A DNA stretch of 64,000 nucleotides from a virus, in the IMG/VR virus record IMGVR_UViG_3300032236_000862, positions 36,329 to 100,328 of that record, one strand, 5' to 3'. The notes under the pieces were generated by a model. The model worked only from the letters and a program-made list of their open reading frames with translations. It was not told the origin of the DNA and made no database searches. Positions 1-9,693 of the stretch are shown piece by piece (position 1 is the first letter of the stretch; the number at the start of each line of letters is the position of its first letter). Both the position numbers and the translations under genes were made by a program.

Positions 1-3000
1 AGAACTTACCTTAAGTTCTAGAGCCTCAGACTTTGAGATATGTCCAGCAGCTCTTGCAGCATCAATATCAGTGTTTGCCGCAGGTCTTCCAGAAAATCCA
101 GCATTTCCTAGGTTCTTACGAGCCTTTGTAGCACCTGCGGAAGTGCTCACATCAATGAACCTACCTTCAGACCTGTCAGCCTTAGGAAGAACTTCTTGTC
201 CTTCTTCATTTAGGTTCTTGATACCAGAGTCAACCTTTGGAACAATCTTTCCGTTAACCATGATAGCTGCAGATTCAGCTGTAGGGGCACGTTCTGGACC
301 CTCAGCTTCTCCAGCTCTAACAGCAAGGTTATGGGACATAATCTTGGCGTCAAGTGATTCAGGATCAAATGCACTTGCAGCATCTCTTGAGTTAGCTCTA
401 GAGTTTGCACTAGATGTCTTACTACATGCTGGGCAAGTAGGGCTGTTGATGCCGTTAGCAACGTGATTCTGGTGATCTGGTGATGGAGAGGTAAAGCTTT
501 GTAGAGGCCCATCTTGTCCGGCTCTGTAAGTAATCTTAGAGCCTCGCTTGAGGGAACCAATCATCCTTCCAAATGAGCGGCCCTTCTTGATAGCATCCTT
601 GTATACATCTCCCATATGGGTGGCACCTGTTACGTCGTGCTTTTCAAATACACGGTGTCCTGCTTCATCAGTATATGGGTGCCAGCCTTGATGCCAGTAC
701 TCTACTGATCCGCCTGCTGAACCCTTACCTACAACTCCATAACCTGTAGGACGAATTCCCTTAGGATCATTAGCATCTCCGTGGAATCCTTGGAACCTAG
801 ACTCAGAACCAGTTAATTCTTCTCCAGGATGTTCTGGGTGTGAGGTGTTAGCAAGGCTAACCTTTTCCCCAGACTTTGTCCTAAAGTAATCTGTTGTAGG
901 ATTCAAAGTACCATTAGCAGCACTATAGGTAGTTTGTTTTCCACTCTTGAAGCGCTCTTGCTCATTAATGGTTTGATAAGCCTCATGTAGATTTGCGGCA
1001 AAGTTGGCTTCGTTTGTTCCTGTAAACTTTTTAAGGTGCTCATAATCAGAAGTACCCTCTTTATCCTCTGCAATACCTGCATGGTGCATGACATATGCAG
1101 CCTTAGCATGAATGCCTGTTTCAAACATAGGATCGTTAACATCCACGTTTGGATCTAACTTCTTAGCAAGGCGCTTACCACGCTCGATGATTTCAGGGCT
1201 ATTGCGGCTAACAAATGTACCAGTTGATACACCGGTATTGATTTGTCCTTGGAACTTACCTTTACGGATAAGCTCCTGCTCCTTGGATTCCCCTGGAGTA
1301 GCAGCACCTGGAAGCTTATTTTGGTCTAATTGGTGAACACCAGCAACATTTACTCTGCTTGCTCTACGAGCCTCATCTTCATTCTCGATGTCTTCGATAG
1401 ACCTGTCCCTATCACCTTCAGTGGCTGTAGAGATATTAACAATGTTGCGGGCTGATCCTGCACGCTCTTCTTTAGGTTCGGCAGGAACAGAAAGAGGTGA
1501 AGCAACAGTCTTAGTATCCTTGTATGCCTTGGCACCTTCTTCGTTAAAGTACCCGCCTTCTGGCTCTTTATGCATCTCTTCTACGGCAGCACGCTCATTC
1601 ATGTGCCTTATGCTAAGGCCACGAAGGTGCTGGGAAGAGGCATCCATAGGAACTGAGGCACGCTCTGCTTCATGCTTTTCATTAAGGGATGCGAGAGCTT
1701 TGTTACGAGCCTTAAACATCTTCTCATGTGTTGGAGACTTAAATGTAGGGGTATATTCACTAATAGTAGTTGTAGCCAGTGGATTTGCACCAGGCTTAAC
1801 AGGCTGACCCTTTTCATCAAAGTGGTCACTATTGATGTCGTATTCAGGCTTTACATTGCCTTCTTCATCCCAAAGATCTTGTTCACTCCAGTCTTTGGCT
1901 GGCTTAATAGCATTTGCATTGGCATCAAATTCACCCTTTTTATTGGAACCTGCAATTTGAGCAGAACGCCAAGCATCTTTTGCACCGTACGCAGTAAGTG
2001 CCTTATCAAGACGATCCTGACGCTCAGCACGTGTGAGCATGCGAGGAGTACCGTCTGGATTCTTTTCTTCTTCATGGTGTGTGGCGTAGGCCCAAGACAT
2101 AGGTGGGGCATACGGTGCAGAGTTTTTAGCGGCAGAGTTGGTGAATCCAGCACCGGCCCAATTAGCACCCTTTTTATCTTTACCCTCATCATTTGAGTTT
2201 TCTTTATTGTCTTCTTCTCCACCCTCATGATCTTCAAGCCCAACAGTTTCAGGATTAACGGATGTGTCTACCTCTTCACCAGGACTTGCATCAGCTGAAG
2301 ACTCTTTAGCTACTACATCTTTACCTGAACCAGAACGAATTTCATCATCTTCATTGCTTGAAGGTGCGCCGGATTCTACTGCCTCGTTGTATCCACCACT
2401 GACCTTATCAAGTGTTGCACGCTCGCCTCTAACAGCGCCTGTGCTCTCACCTGGACGTTCAGGACGATCGCCAACAGGTGTACCCTTGTTTGCATTTCTA
2501 CTTTCAGGTATAACTGACTCAATAGTTTCAACAGGTGCGTTTATTTCAGAAAACTTCTTATGTGGGTCAGTCTTCTTCTCCTTCTCAGGACTTGGCTTCC
2601 ACTTCTGACTTGTAGCAGAGAGTACGTCTTTTCTTAGGTCAAGAAACTCTGATGTAGTTCCTGCTTCTGGGTGTTCATAGCTCATTCCGCCTTCAGAACG
2701 AAGGGTGCTACCCTCTGCCCGCATCTTCTGATTAAATTCACGTTCTCCGGCCAGAAGATCTTCACGATTTTCGTCGTATGCTCTATCCCTATATGCAGCT
2801 TCAGGGTCAACACCCATAGCAAATCCAGTTAGACGTGCTGAGTTTCCTGGTGCTCGAGTCTGTGCAATTCCAGTAGATTTTTCAATGGCTGTGCGTACAG
2901 AACGATCTGGTTCAGGAGCTGCAGGTCCAGTAGGGCGTAATGTCTCATCTGTATCAACAGCTTCGCCGTTACGTTCACGCATAGATGTGGTCAACAAGTC

Positions 3001-3327
3001 TTGCTTCTGTTCATTTGCTACATCTTGCAAAGCTTCTTCATGAGCAACGTTTACAGCGTCTTTTCCACGATTACGTGTTACTGCTTCACGTACTCTGTTC
3101 TTACTACGGTCAGACTTAATCTGTTGAACAATAAGACCGGAATCTCCACCAAAATCAGCAGTAGCGCCTCCGCCTGTGCGGTTAGCCTCTTCTTCTGGAC
3201 TAACTTGTGCTCCTGACATAGGCAGAGCAAGTTGCGGTGTCTGACCCTTCTTAGTAACAGCTACTGGTAGCTCTAAAGCGTTGCGTCCTCCGGCAATGCG
3301 CTTCTTAAATGCATCAAATTGACCCAT
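1..3327 (-). CDS. Very large hypothetical protein (>=1109 aa, runs off the window edge), low-complexity and acidic; possibly virion-associated
   Basis: Absent from the ORF track because no stop lies in the window. ATG at 3327 with AAGGA upstream; manual translation MGQFDAFKKRIAGG...DIDAARAAGHISKSEALELKVSS appears open down to base 1. Confidence 0.85.
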   Translation of the reverse strand, partial: MGQFDAFKKRIAGGRNALELPVAVTKKGQTPQLALPMSGAQVSPEEEANRTGGGATADFGGDSGLIVQQIKSDRSKNRVREAVTRNRGKDAVNVAHEEALQDVANEQKQDLLTTSMRERNGEAVDTDETLRPTGPAAPEPDRSVRTAIEKSTGIAQTRAPGNSARLTGFAMGVDPEAAYRDRAYDENREDLLAGEREFNQKMRAEGSTLRSEGGMSYEHPEAGTTSEFLDLRKDVLSATSQKWKPSPEKEKKTDPHKKFSEINAPVETIESVIPESRNANKGTPVGDRPERPGESTGAVRGERATLDKVSGGYNEAVESGAPSSNEDDEIRSGSGKDVVAKESSADASPGEEVDTSVNPETVGLEDHEGGEEDNKENSNDEGKDKKGANWAGAGFTNSAAKNSAPYAPPMSWAYATHHEEEKNPDGTPRMLTRAERQDRLDKALTAYGAKDAWRSAQIAGSNKKGEFDANANAIKPAKDWSEQDLWDEEGNVKPEYDINSDHFDEKGQPVKPGANPLATTTISEYTPTFKSPTHEKMFKARNKALASLNEKHEAERASVPMDASSQHLRGLSIRHMNERAAVEEMHKEPEGGYFNEEGAKAYKDTKTVASPLSVPAEPKEERAGSARNIVNISTATEGDRDRSIEDIENEDEARRASRVNVAGVHQLDQNKLPGAATPGESKEQELIRKGKFQGQINTGVSTGTFVSRNSPEIIERGKRLAKKLDPNVDVNDPMFETGIHAKAAYVMHHAGIAEDKEGTSDYEHLKKFTGTNEANFAANLHEAYQTINEQERFKSGKQTTYSAANGTLNPTTDYFRTKSGEKVSLANTSHPEHPGEELTGSESRFQGFHGDANDPKGIRPTGYGVVGKGSAGGSVEYWHQGWHPYTDEAGHRVFEKHDVTGATHMGDVYKDAIKKGRSFGRMIGSLKRGSKITYRAGQDGPLQSFTSPSPDHQNHVANGINSPTCPACSKTSSANSRANSRDAASAFDPESLDAKIMSHNLAVRAGEAEGPERAPTAESAAIMVNGKIVPKVDSGIKNLNEEGQEVLPKADRSEGRFIDVSTSAGATKARKNLGNAGFSGRPAANTDIDAARAAGHISKSEALELKVSS

Positions 3328-3331
3328 AGTA

Positions 3332-4411
3332 TTATTCCTTTTCCTGTCCTGCGCTGAACTCGCCAATGCGAGTAGAATCACCAAACGTATTTAGACCGGC
3401 TTTACGATGCACCTGCTCTGCAGACATGCTGTAATTTCCTGTGCCAGAACCAAATGAGTTGTCACCCATGTGATCATTTGCTTCTTCATCTGTAATTAGG
3501 CCTGCGATATGTGCTTGAGCAACATCATACCTAGATGCTTTGTGTTCTGGTGCGTCAAATGGAGAAGGTGTGCGTGTAGGTGCGGGCTTAAATGCTTCAC
3601 CAAGAGATGGAAGCGGTGAACCAAACACTGGCTTGGATGGCCCGTTATGAGCACGGTCTATCTCAGCATCACTATCTGGGGAGTCTTTTAAAATAGGGTT
3701 AAAAATTCTTGCATGAGCAGGACTTAAATCGGCTGCTTCACCCATGGTGATGTGTCCACCGGCAAATGCTTCAGATACTTCATCTGGGTGTGGTGTTGAT
3801 CCATCAACAGCAGCTGGGGCAGAAAATGCTTTAGCTCCTGATGCTGCGGGTGTTACCTCTTCAAATTGATTTGGTGTACGTGTTGGAGGAGTATTATCAT
3901 CTTCTACATCAGTAACATTCTCAGTGCCTGTCTCTTTATCAGCACCCTTTGTAACTTTAGTAGAGTCGTACATTTCCTTTTGAAGGTTAGCTCCAATAAT
4001 ACCGTTACCCAAGCTACCTTTATCTAAACCTGCTAGCTGTGCATGTTGCCAGTGTGCTTTAGCTCCTGCAAGTTTTGCTGCTTCAAATTCAGGAGTACCC
4101 TCTTTATGTCCAGAGGCACGAGCAGCGGCAAGGCCGTAGTGCTCACTATTTTGTTCAAAATTAATACCTGCACCAGCTAATGGGGCGGCTACCTTGTAAA
4201 CTTCTTTATTCTTGTTCTCAGTGTCCCTATGCTTATGAGCAAGTTCGTCACGTTCGATACGCTGTTGTTGGCCGTAGTCCATGACAAGCTTCTGTAGGGC
4301 AAACTTTTGCTTGACAGATCGGTTACTACCCCGAGCCCCTCTAAGCATACCTAGGTAGTTAATACCACCTGGTTGAACAATGTTCTGTCCGCCGGCGCTA
4401 TTCAGGTTCAT
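3332..4411 (-). CDS. Hypothetical protein with two SHOCT-like motifs
   Basis: 359-aa ORF containing EAFAGGHITMGEAADL and QAHIAGLITDEEANDH. Confidence 0.75.
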   Translation of the reverse strand: MNLNSAGGQNIVQPGGINYLGMLRGARGSNRSVKQKFALQKLVMDYGQQQRIERDELAHKHRDTENKNKEVYKVAAPLAGAGINFEQNSEHYGLAAARASGHKEGTPEFEAAKLAGAKAHWQHAQLAGLDKGSLGNGIIGANLQKEMYDSTKVTKGADKETGTENVTDVEDDNTPPTRTPNQFEEVTPAASGAKAFSAPAAVDGSTPHPDEVSEAFAGGHITMGEAADLSPAHARIFNPILKDSPDSDAEIDRAHNGPSKPVFGSPLPSLGEAFKPAPTRTPSPFDAPEHKASRYDVAQAHIAGLITDEEANDHMGDNSFGSGTGNYSMSAEQVHRKAGLNTFGDSTRIGEFSAGQEKE

Positions 4412-4616
4412 CTGAGGTTCCTATCTGTTCCGAGAGCAAAAGTTTAGCAACTCCGCCTTGTTCTGTAAGGGCTTGAGTGTTTTTATTATAGTGGTGCAGG
4501 CAAAAGGCCAAATCCCCATATGGAAGGGATACTACAACCTGGGCCCTAGCAGAACAGCCGTCACACTGGATTCTGCCCTGAGAGGGGGTTTCAACTTCCA
4601 GAACGGTCTGAGTCAT
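4398..4616 (-). CDS. Small zinc-finger protein, probably leaderless
   Basis: CDGC...FCLHH; TAGAAT 6 nt upstream of the ATG. Confidence 0.75.
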   Translation of the reverse strand: MTQTVLEVETPSQGRIQCDGCSARAQVVVSLPYGDLAFCLHHYNKNTQALTEQGGVAKLLLSEQIGTSDEPE

Positions 4617-4639
4617 GGGGCTATTCTACCCGTTAAAGC

Positions 4640-4666
4640 AAAAAGCCGGGAGCGTTAACTCCCGGC
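4640..4666 (-). terminator. Intrinsic terminator
   Basis: 8-bp stem GCCGGGAG/CTCCCGGC followed by T5 on the - strand, just after the 4684 gene. Confidence 0.8.
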
Positions 4667-4683
4667 CAATTGTTTTTAGGCTA

Positions 4684-5664
4684 TTAGGCCCAAGGTGTGA
4701 TTGTAACTGCGGTACCTGCTGCAATTGAAGCTGCACCGGCTGCGACGCTCTGGGTCTTGATTGTTCCAGTTGTACCAGCGACTGTACCAGCAACCAAGCC
4801 TGTGAGGGCAAGAGCTGTTGTACCGCCAGATACGAATGAAACTGTGTTAGTTGCGTTAGCTGTTACTGTCCAAGTACCGTTAAGTTCAGTACCTGAGTTA
4901 GTAAGAGACGCAACTGTAATCTTTGTACCAACTGGGAATGCTGCACCAGCACCTGTAGCGGTGAGTGTTGCAGTTGCTGAGCCAGCAGTACGTGAAGCGG
5001 CTGTTACTGAGATTGGTGTGTTTGTAGCAGCTGTAGCTGTTGTTGGTGCCAACTCAATGTTGGTTAGCTCAGCTGTAGCATTAGCTGTTGTCTGTCCAAG
5101 AACTGATAGGACAGATACATAAGCAACGCCGCCAACGTATGAACCGTCTGAATCAGCAGCACCAGCACCAAGCTGTGCGATAGCTGTCTGACCTGTGATT
5201 GATACGCCTGAACCAGCTGCGTTAGTTACTGTGAACTGATAAGCAGTAGCTGTAGCGATTGTTGCGTTTGTTAGGTTAAATGCTGAGTTTGTGCAACCAG
5301 TGATGGTTACGTTCTGTCCTGGTGCAAACAAGAAGTTAGGGTTCTGAGCTGTGTAGGTTACGGTTGTTCCGTCGCCCTTAGCAGCTGTTACACGAAGAAC
5401 AGGATCTGCAGCAATAAATCCTGGGTGACCTGAGTAGTCAGCTTCTACGATAGCGTGGCTATCATAAGCATAGTTAAGAAGGGCTGAGGCTACTGTTGAA
5501 GTATTTGTCCAACCAACGTTCTGTGAACCGCCAACGGTTACAGTTGCTGTTGGTGTACCGGCTGTACGCTGATCATTTGGCTGGATAGGGAAGTTACCCC
5601 ATACAAAGTCAACTGCTACGTTACCGGCATCGTCAAGGCGATTGCCTTCGAGGCTATTTGCCAT
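4684..5664 (-). CDS. Thr/Ala-rich beta protein with a split PASTA-like domain and two FCCH-like repeats; likely virion surface protein
   Basis: PASTA-like halves VLSVLGQTTANATAELTNIEL and GTIKTQSVAAGA...GTAVTITP; repeated FxxGxxVTIxG...N motif. Confidence 0.6.
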   Translation of the reverse strand: MANSLEGNRLDDAGNVAVDFVWGNFPIQPNDQRTAGTPTATVTVGGSQNVGWTNTSTVASALLNYAYDSHAIVEADYSGHPGFIAADPVLRVTAAKGDGTTVTYTAQNPNFLFAPGQNVTITGCTNSAFNLTNATIATATAYQFTVTNAAGSGVSITGQTAIAQLGAGAADSDGSYVGGVAYVSVLSVLGQTTANATAELTNIELAPTTATAATNTPISVTAASRTAGSATATLTATGAGAAFPVGTKITVASLTNSGTELNGTWTVTANATNTVSFVSGGTTALALTGLVAGTVAGTTGTIKTQSVAAGAASIAAGTAVTITPWA

Positions 5665-5734
5665 TATGTTACCTTTTTCTCTAGAGAGGGTTAAAGTCCC
5701 ATGCGCTTGGGACTAGAGAATAGTAACAGAGAGA

Positions 5735-6301
5735 CTAGCCTTCTTGTACGTAAGTGTGAATTTCTCCGCCCGAATAAATGTCATGTTTGATGGCAATTTC
5801 AATTGCTTTCTTTAAAATCTTCTCGGCAGCCTCAGGAGTTGTAGCTCTTGTATAGTTCAAAGCTTCCAAAGCACCCAGTGCTAGGTCTCCGCCGCTACCT
5901 GAGTAGTATACGTTACGAGCTTCACGGTCCCAGCTGTAGTCATTGAAGATAGGGTAGATGACGCCACAGATGGATACGATTAACTGAGAGTCATGCTCTG
6001 CAGCCGCTCCATCATCTTTACCTTCATAGCCTGCATCCTGAAAAGCTTTGCGTAGTGAAGGTATGAACTTATTTGTCATAAATAAGTCTAGGTTCTCATT
6101 GACACGGGGTTTTGGGGCTTTCCAACCGAATTGTGCAATGTTGCCACCACGAGATGCGCCGGATACTGCAATAAGGGCACCGTTGTTCTCTACGATCTTA
6201 TGAGTAGCAAGATCCATAAAACGTCCACCCTCATCGGATGCACGTGAGTCACAGCCTATAACGGACCAACCATCACCTTGGATTGCGGCAAGCGTAGTCA
6301 T
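5735..6301 (-). CDS. Proteasome beta-subunit/HslV-like Ntn hydrolase
   Basis: N-terminal MTTLAAI, GCDSRAS, GSGG and DIYSGG motifs. Confidence 0.85.
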   Translation of the reverse strand: MTTLAAIQGDGWSVIGCDSRASDEGGRFMDLATHKIVENNGALIAVSGASRGGNIAQFGWKAPKPRVNENLDLFMTNKFIPSLRKAFQDAGYEGKDDGAAAEHDSQLIVSICGVIYPIFNDYSWDREARNVYYSGSGGDLALGALEALNYTRATTPEAAEKILKKAIEIAIKHDIYSGGEIHTYVQEG

Positions 6302-6336
6302 AGTTCCCTCTCGTCGTGGTACCTAATGGTAGCAGG

Positions 6337-6729
6337 TTACTCTTCAAAACCCAACTCAAAGTTTTGGCTGCGGGTACGTGGGAGATTGCCGTAATTGACT
6401 ACTTGCCATGGCCAATTAGCTAGAACTGTATCTACGTAGTCGTTGGTAGACACGGAGTTTACTAGGATTGACCACATATCGGGGGTTACCTGGTCGTATT
6501 GGATCCAGGTGTAGTTATCCCGCATGATTATCACTAAAGTTTCGTTGTTTGGGTTATACCCAGCCTTCATAGCTCTAGGACGTGGGCCACCAGAGGTAGG
6601 GGCGTATATCTCCTCATAGCCGGGCCCAAAGACCCGACTACGATTCGCATCACGATCAATAGCGGATATAGTCGCAGCGTAGTCCTCATAGCTTGCTGGT
6701 TTATACCGGCTGCTTCTATATCTATCCAT
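6337..6729 (-). CDS. KTSC-like domain protein
   Basis: AGYNPNNETLVIIMR...YDQVTPDMW...S.ST pattern. Confidence 0.6.
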   Translation of the reverse strand: MDRYRSSRYKPASYEDYAATISAIDRDANRSRVFGPGYEEIYAPTSGGPRPRAMKAGYNPNNETLVIIMRDNYTWIQYDQVTPDMWSILVNSVSTNDYVDTVLANWPWQVVNYGNLPRTRSQNFELGFEE

Positions 6730-6743
6730 AGGGACAGTTTACC

Positions 6744-6905
6744 TTACTGTCCACCCCAACCGCCGCCTTTAAAAACGGCGGGGGTCGCTTGAAAAATTTT
6801 ACTCATAGATTGCTGGCAGCAGACAGGAACGGTGCTATCACCGAACTGTTGGTAGATTTCTTGTACGCCTCCACAGACGTTGCACTTATAGTCGTAGTTT
6901 GGCAT
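6744..6905 (-). CDS. FmdB-family zinc-ribbon protein (53 aa)
   Basis: Manual translation MPNYDYKCNVCG...PVCCQQSMSKIFQATPAVFKGGGWGGQ. Confidence 0.85.
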   Translation of the reverse strand: MPNYDYKCNVCGGVQEIYQQFGDSTVPVCCQQSMSKIFQATPAVFKGGGWGGQ

Positions 6906-7117
6906 TAGCGGCACTTCATGCATTTCGTATCAACACGGACTTCTCCGTAGTTTACCCAACTCATCTGACCACAATGGTTGCAGCGGACTTCTACAGTACC
7001 ACGCTGTTCAACTTCTTCCTTGTAAGTCTTTCTTGCATGAGGCGAAGCAAACACAAGCCACCCCCAAGCCAACAACATCCCACTAATCACACCCAATGTA
7101 TACATGTAGTTCTCCAT
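6905..7117 (-). CDS. Membrane-anchored zinc-ribbon protein
   Basis: N-terminal hydrophobic helix, then CNHC...CMKC. Confidence 0.7.
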   Translation of the reverse strand: MENYMYTLGVISGMLLAWGWLVFASPHARKTYKEEVEQRGTVEVRCNHCGQMSWVNYGEVRVDTKCMKCR

Positions 7118-7146
7118 CTTTTTCGGACGCCGGACCGGTGTCAGTA

Positions 7147-7311
7147 CTAATCGTGTATCTGCTGATCCCAGTAAGGGATTCCATTCTCATCGTAGTCGCC
7201 TAGCTTCTCTAGGAGTTCTGCATGCTCTTCCATAGTTCTACGGATAGATTCTGCTAACTTCTTATCCCTACGTGCGTTATCAATAGCTTCTTTTGCTTCT
7301 TCGTTATCCAT
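7147..7311 (-). CDS. Hypothetical protein (54 aa)
   Basis: Manual translation MDNEEAKEAIDNARR...IPYWDQQIHD; fills the gap between neighbours. Confidence 0.6.
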   Translation of the reverse strand: MDNEEAKEAIDNARRDKKLAESIRRTMEEHAELLEKLGDYDENGIPYWDQQIHD

Positions 7312-7392
7312 CGTTATCTTTCTAATATCAAGAAGCCCCTAGCCACGTATTCGCCGTAGAAACTAGGGGCTCTGCTAATAGTATAGCGTATA

Positions 7393-7905
7393 TTACTTGA
7401 TCTTGATTACCTTTGGTTGAAGAGCTTCGGGTAGCTCCTGCTCTAGGGTAATACGAAGCAGACCGTCCTTAAGCTCTGCTCCCTTGACTACGACGTACTC
7501 CGCCAGTACGAACTCTTGCTTGAAGTCACGGGTAGCGATTCCCTTATGGATCGGCTCCTTCTTAGATGCCTCTAATTGGCCTTCTACGGTCAGCTGGAGC
7601 TCTTTCACGCTAATGGTGATGTCATCCTTACTAAAACCGGCTACAGCCAGTTCTAGGACGTATGTGTCCTCATCCTTGTAGATGTTGTATGGAGGATAGC
7701 TTGCTGCCTTAGCTTGGGCTGCGACATGCTTGAATGTATCCAATAGGGGATCAAATCCGATTGCCCATCGGTTGAACTGTGGGAATAGCGAAGTAATGGT
7801 TACTTCTGCTGGAGTTGATACCTTTGGATAGGACTTAGGTGCCCATGGATCTGGAAAACGATCGCTATGTGGGTCTTTGCCTGGGTTTTGATATGGGTGT
7901 GCCAT
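7393..7905 (-). CDS. hsp20: Small heat-shock protein, Hsp20/IbpA family
   Basis: YPPYNI, LELAVAGF, IHKGIATRDF, GAELKDGLLRITL. Confidence 0.95.
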   Translation of the reverse strand: MAHPYQNPGKDPHSDRFPDPWAPKSYPKVSTPAEVTITSLFPQFNRWAIGFDPLLDTFKHVAAQAKAASYPPYNIYKDEDTYVLELAVAGFSKDDITISVKELQLTVEGQLEASKKEPIHKGIATRDFKQEFVLAEYVVVKGAELKDGLLRITLEQELPEALQPKVIKIK

Positions 7906-7977
7906 GATTAATTTCTCCTTAGACGAAATTAGTTAAGATAGGTAGCCATCCGGCCTACCTGTATATAGTATAGCCGA

Positions 7978-8529
7978 TTATTCACCAAATTCGCTAACTA
8001 AAGCCTCAATACTGGTTCTATCGTTCTTGGTTGCCAGATCAGTGACACCAGAGTCAATGAGCCACCTACCGGTAGACTCAGCCACCTTTAGGTCCTCCCA
8101 ATCATCCTTGCTCACCCCAGCATACCTAATGAATGGCGGCTCCCCGGCATTTGACGAAATTCTATTACCTAGCCCATCTTTGATGACTAGAGTAGGTGCT
8201 CTGAAGACTATGACTAGTAACTCCGCAGCTGCATTGTATGCACACTCGATAGCACGGTTTCTCTTATCAGCTTTCTTTGACTTATCGCTGGTAGGAGCAT
8301 CAATTACCTCGAAGGAGGATGGCCAGAAGTATCTGCCTTGATAGGTGCTGTAGTTAGCGTTGTACCCACCTAGGACGTCAGAACTGTTATCAGCATCTGA
8401 TTCAGCTGCTTGAGCTTCCCGTTCAGCACGCTCACGAGCTGTGCGATCTAGGAGTGACTCACGCTTAGCTGGATAGAGCCTACCATTCTTACCTCGATAG
8501 TAACCCTCTGGAATGTTATCTTCTGCCAT
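7978..8529 (-). CDS. KTSC-like domain protein (second copy)
   Basis: AYNAAAELLVIVFR...YAGVSKDDWEDLKVAESTGRWL. Confidence 0.6.
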   Translation of the reverse strand: MAEDNIPEGYYRGKNGRLYPAKRESLLDRTARERAEREAQAAESDADNSSDVLGGYNANYSTYQGRYFWPSSFEVIDAPTSDKSKKADKRNRAIECAYNAAAELLVIVFRAPTLVIKDGLGNRISSNAGEPPFIRYAGVSKDDWEDLKVAESTGRWLIDSGVTDLATKNDRTSIEALVSEFGE

Positions 8530-8794
8530 GGTGTAACTCTACCACAGGCCACTGCCTGAAGTTATAGTTTCCTGAGAATTATAAAACCTAGCACCTCTAA
8601 AACGTCTCCCTATGATCATAGGACGCTTGGAATCCCCCGCCAATTTTTTAAAATGTAACATGCGTCACTTCGGCCACTGCCCACCTGTATATAGTCTCAA
8701 CCCTCCGTCTGGTCTGCCAAAAGCACTAGGCGACGAAGTTTAACCATAGGGGTATCCCATAAGGGGCAGAAGGAAAGGAAAGAGACTCTCTCGC

Positions 8795-8840
8795 TCCCTA
8801 GCATCAGGTGGTGTTAGCCGTTCGAATCGGTACTAGGGGC
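8795..8840 (+). ncRNA. tRNA-like element (acceptor stem plus T-arm, no anticodon arm)
   Basis: TCCCTAG/CTAGGGG stem, GCCG-TTCGAAT-CGGT T-arm, CATC-AGGT-GGTG mini-hairpin. Confidence 0.5.
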
Positions 8841-8882
8841 GGAATAAGGGAAGTGTAGTACCTTATCCAGAAAGGTAGACCT

Positions 8883-9389
8883 ATGTCTACAATTCTAGAG
8901 GCGTTTCAGCCTATCGCCAAGATAGCCAACTCGTATGAGGAGACTATCGTGTCAATGTCCGCCAAGGCATTTGCGGATTACCCGCTTGCTAATGTCGGAG
9001 ATGTTGCTGGTCTATTCAAGACCAAGTCAGCCGTTGACCTAGTCTGGGCAGGTTATATCTGCTCTAAGGCTACCAATGCTCAGGGTACACACCTCTCATA
9101 CGCAGAGGTTAAGCCGTATCTTGAGGCGATTCGGCAGTTCCGCTCGCAAATCACCATTCACGATTCAAGCGTGATGATGATTGCTGAACTCATCACTTGG
9201 GATGCCCAAGTGGTTGAGGCAGATGTAGTGCTTGACCGCCAGTTGAGCACTATCAAGAACGCTCTTGTCAAGGCTCTTGACGAGACCGTTACGAAAGACC
9301 CAGCGAAAGTGGCTCAACTCCGCCTTGACATCTTGGAATTGCTTCCAAAGGTGTTCGCTGTTGAGGCTGGCGTTCTTCAGAACGCTTAG
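8883..9389 (+). CDS. Hypothetical protein, first gene of the + strand block
   Basis: 168-aa ORF with AGAAAGGT RBS. Confidence 0.85.
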   Translation: MSTILEAFQPIAKIANSYEETIVSMSAKAFADYPLANVGDVAGLFKTKSAVDLVWAGYICSKATNAQGTHLSYAEVKPYLEAIRQFRSQITIHDSSVMMIAELITWDAQVVEADVVLDRQLSTIKNALVKALDETVTKDPAKVAQLRLDILELLPKVFAVEAGVLQNA

Positions 9390-9400
9390 TCTCTAGGAGA

Positions 9401-9680
9401 GTATGGGGTGTAACGCCCCATACCCTTCCTATGTTCATAGGTAATTGCTATCTATGAGCATAGGTGGGGGAATCAGATGGCTTTATGCCTATAACCTGGT
9501 GACGTATGTCTGCCACACAGTGCTATGGAACGTTAGCACGCCCCAGAGAGAGTCTCTAGTCCTTTATTCAACGAATAGGCCACTGGCCGTATAGCCCTTC
9601 CGCTGTGTAGGCGTAAGACCAGGCTATACGGCTGGTGGCTTGTCTATTATCAGGTAGTTCCAAGAACCAACTATCTACCT
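9401..9680 (+). other. Array of intergenic hairpins
   Basis: Stems at 9401-9423 (10 bp), 9428-9464 (16 bp) and 9578-9640 (19 bp including GU pairs). Confidence 0.7.
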
Positions 9681-9693
9681 GAGGAGGTAAGAA

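Noticed and set aside
71-3216. Many short ORFs in the track
   Set aside because: They are antisense or off-frame shadows of the single long - strand ORF starting at 3327.
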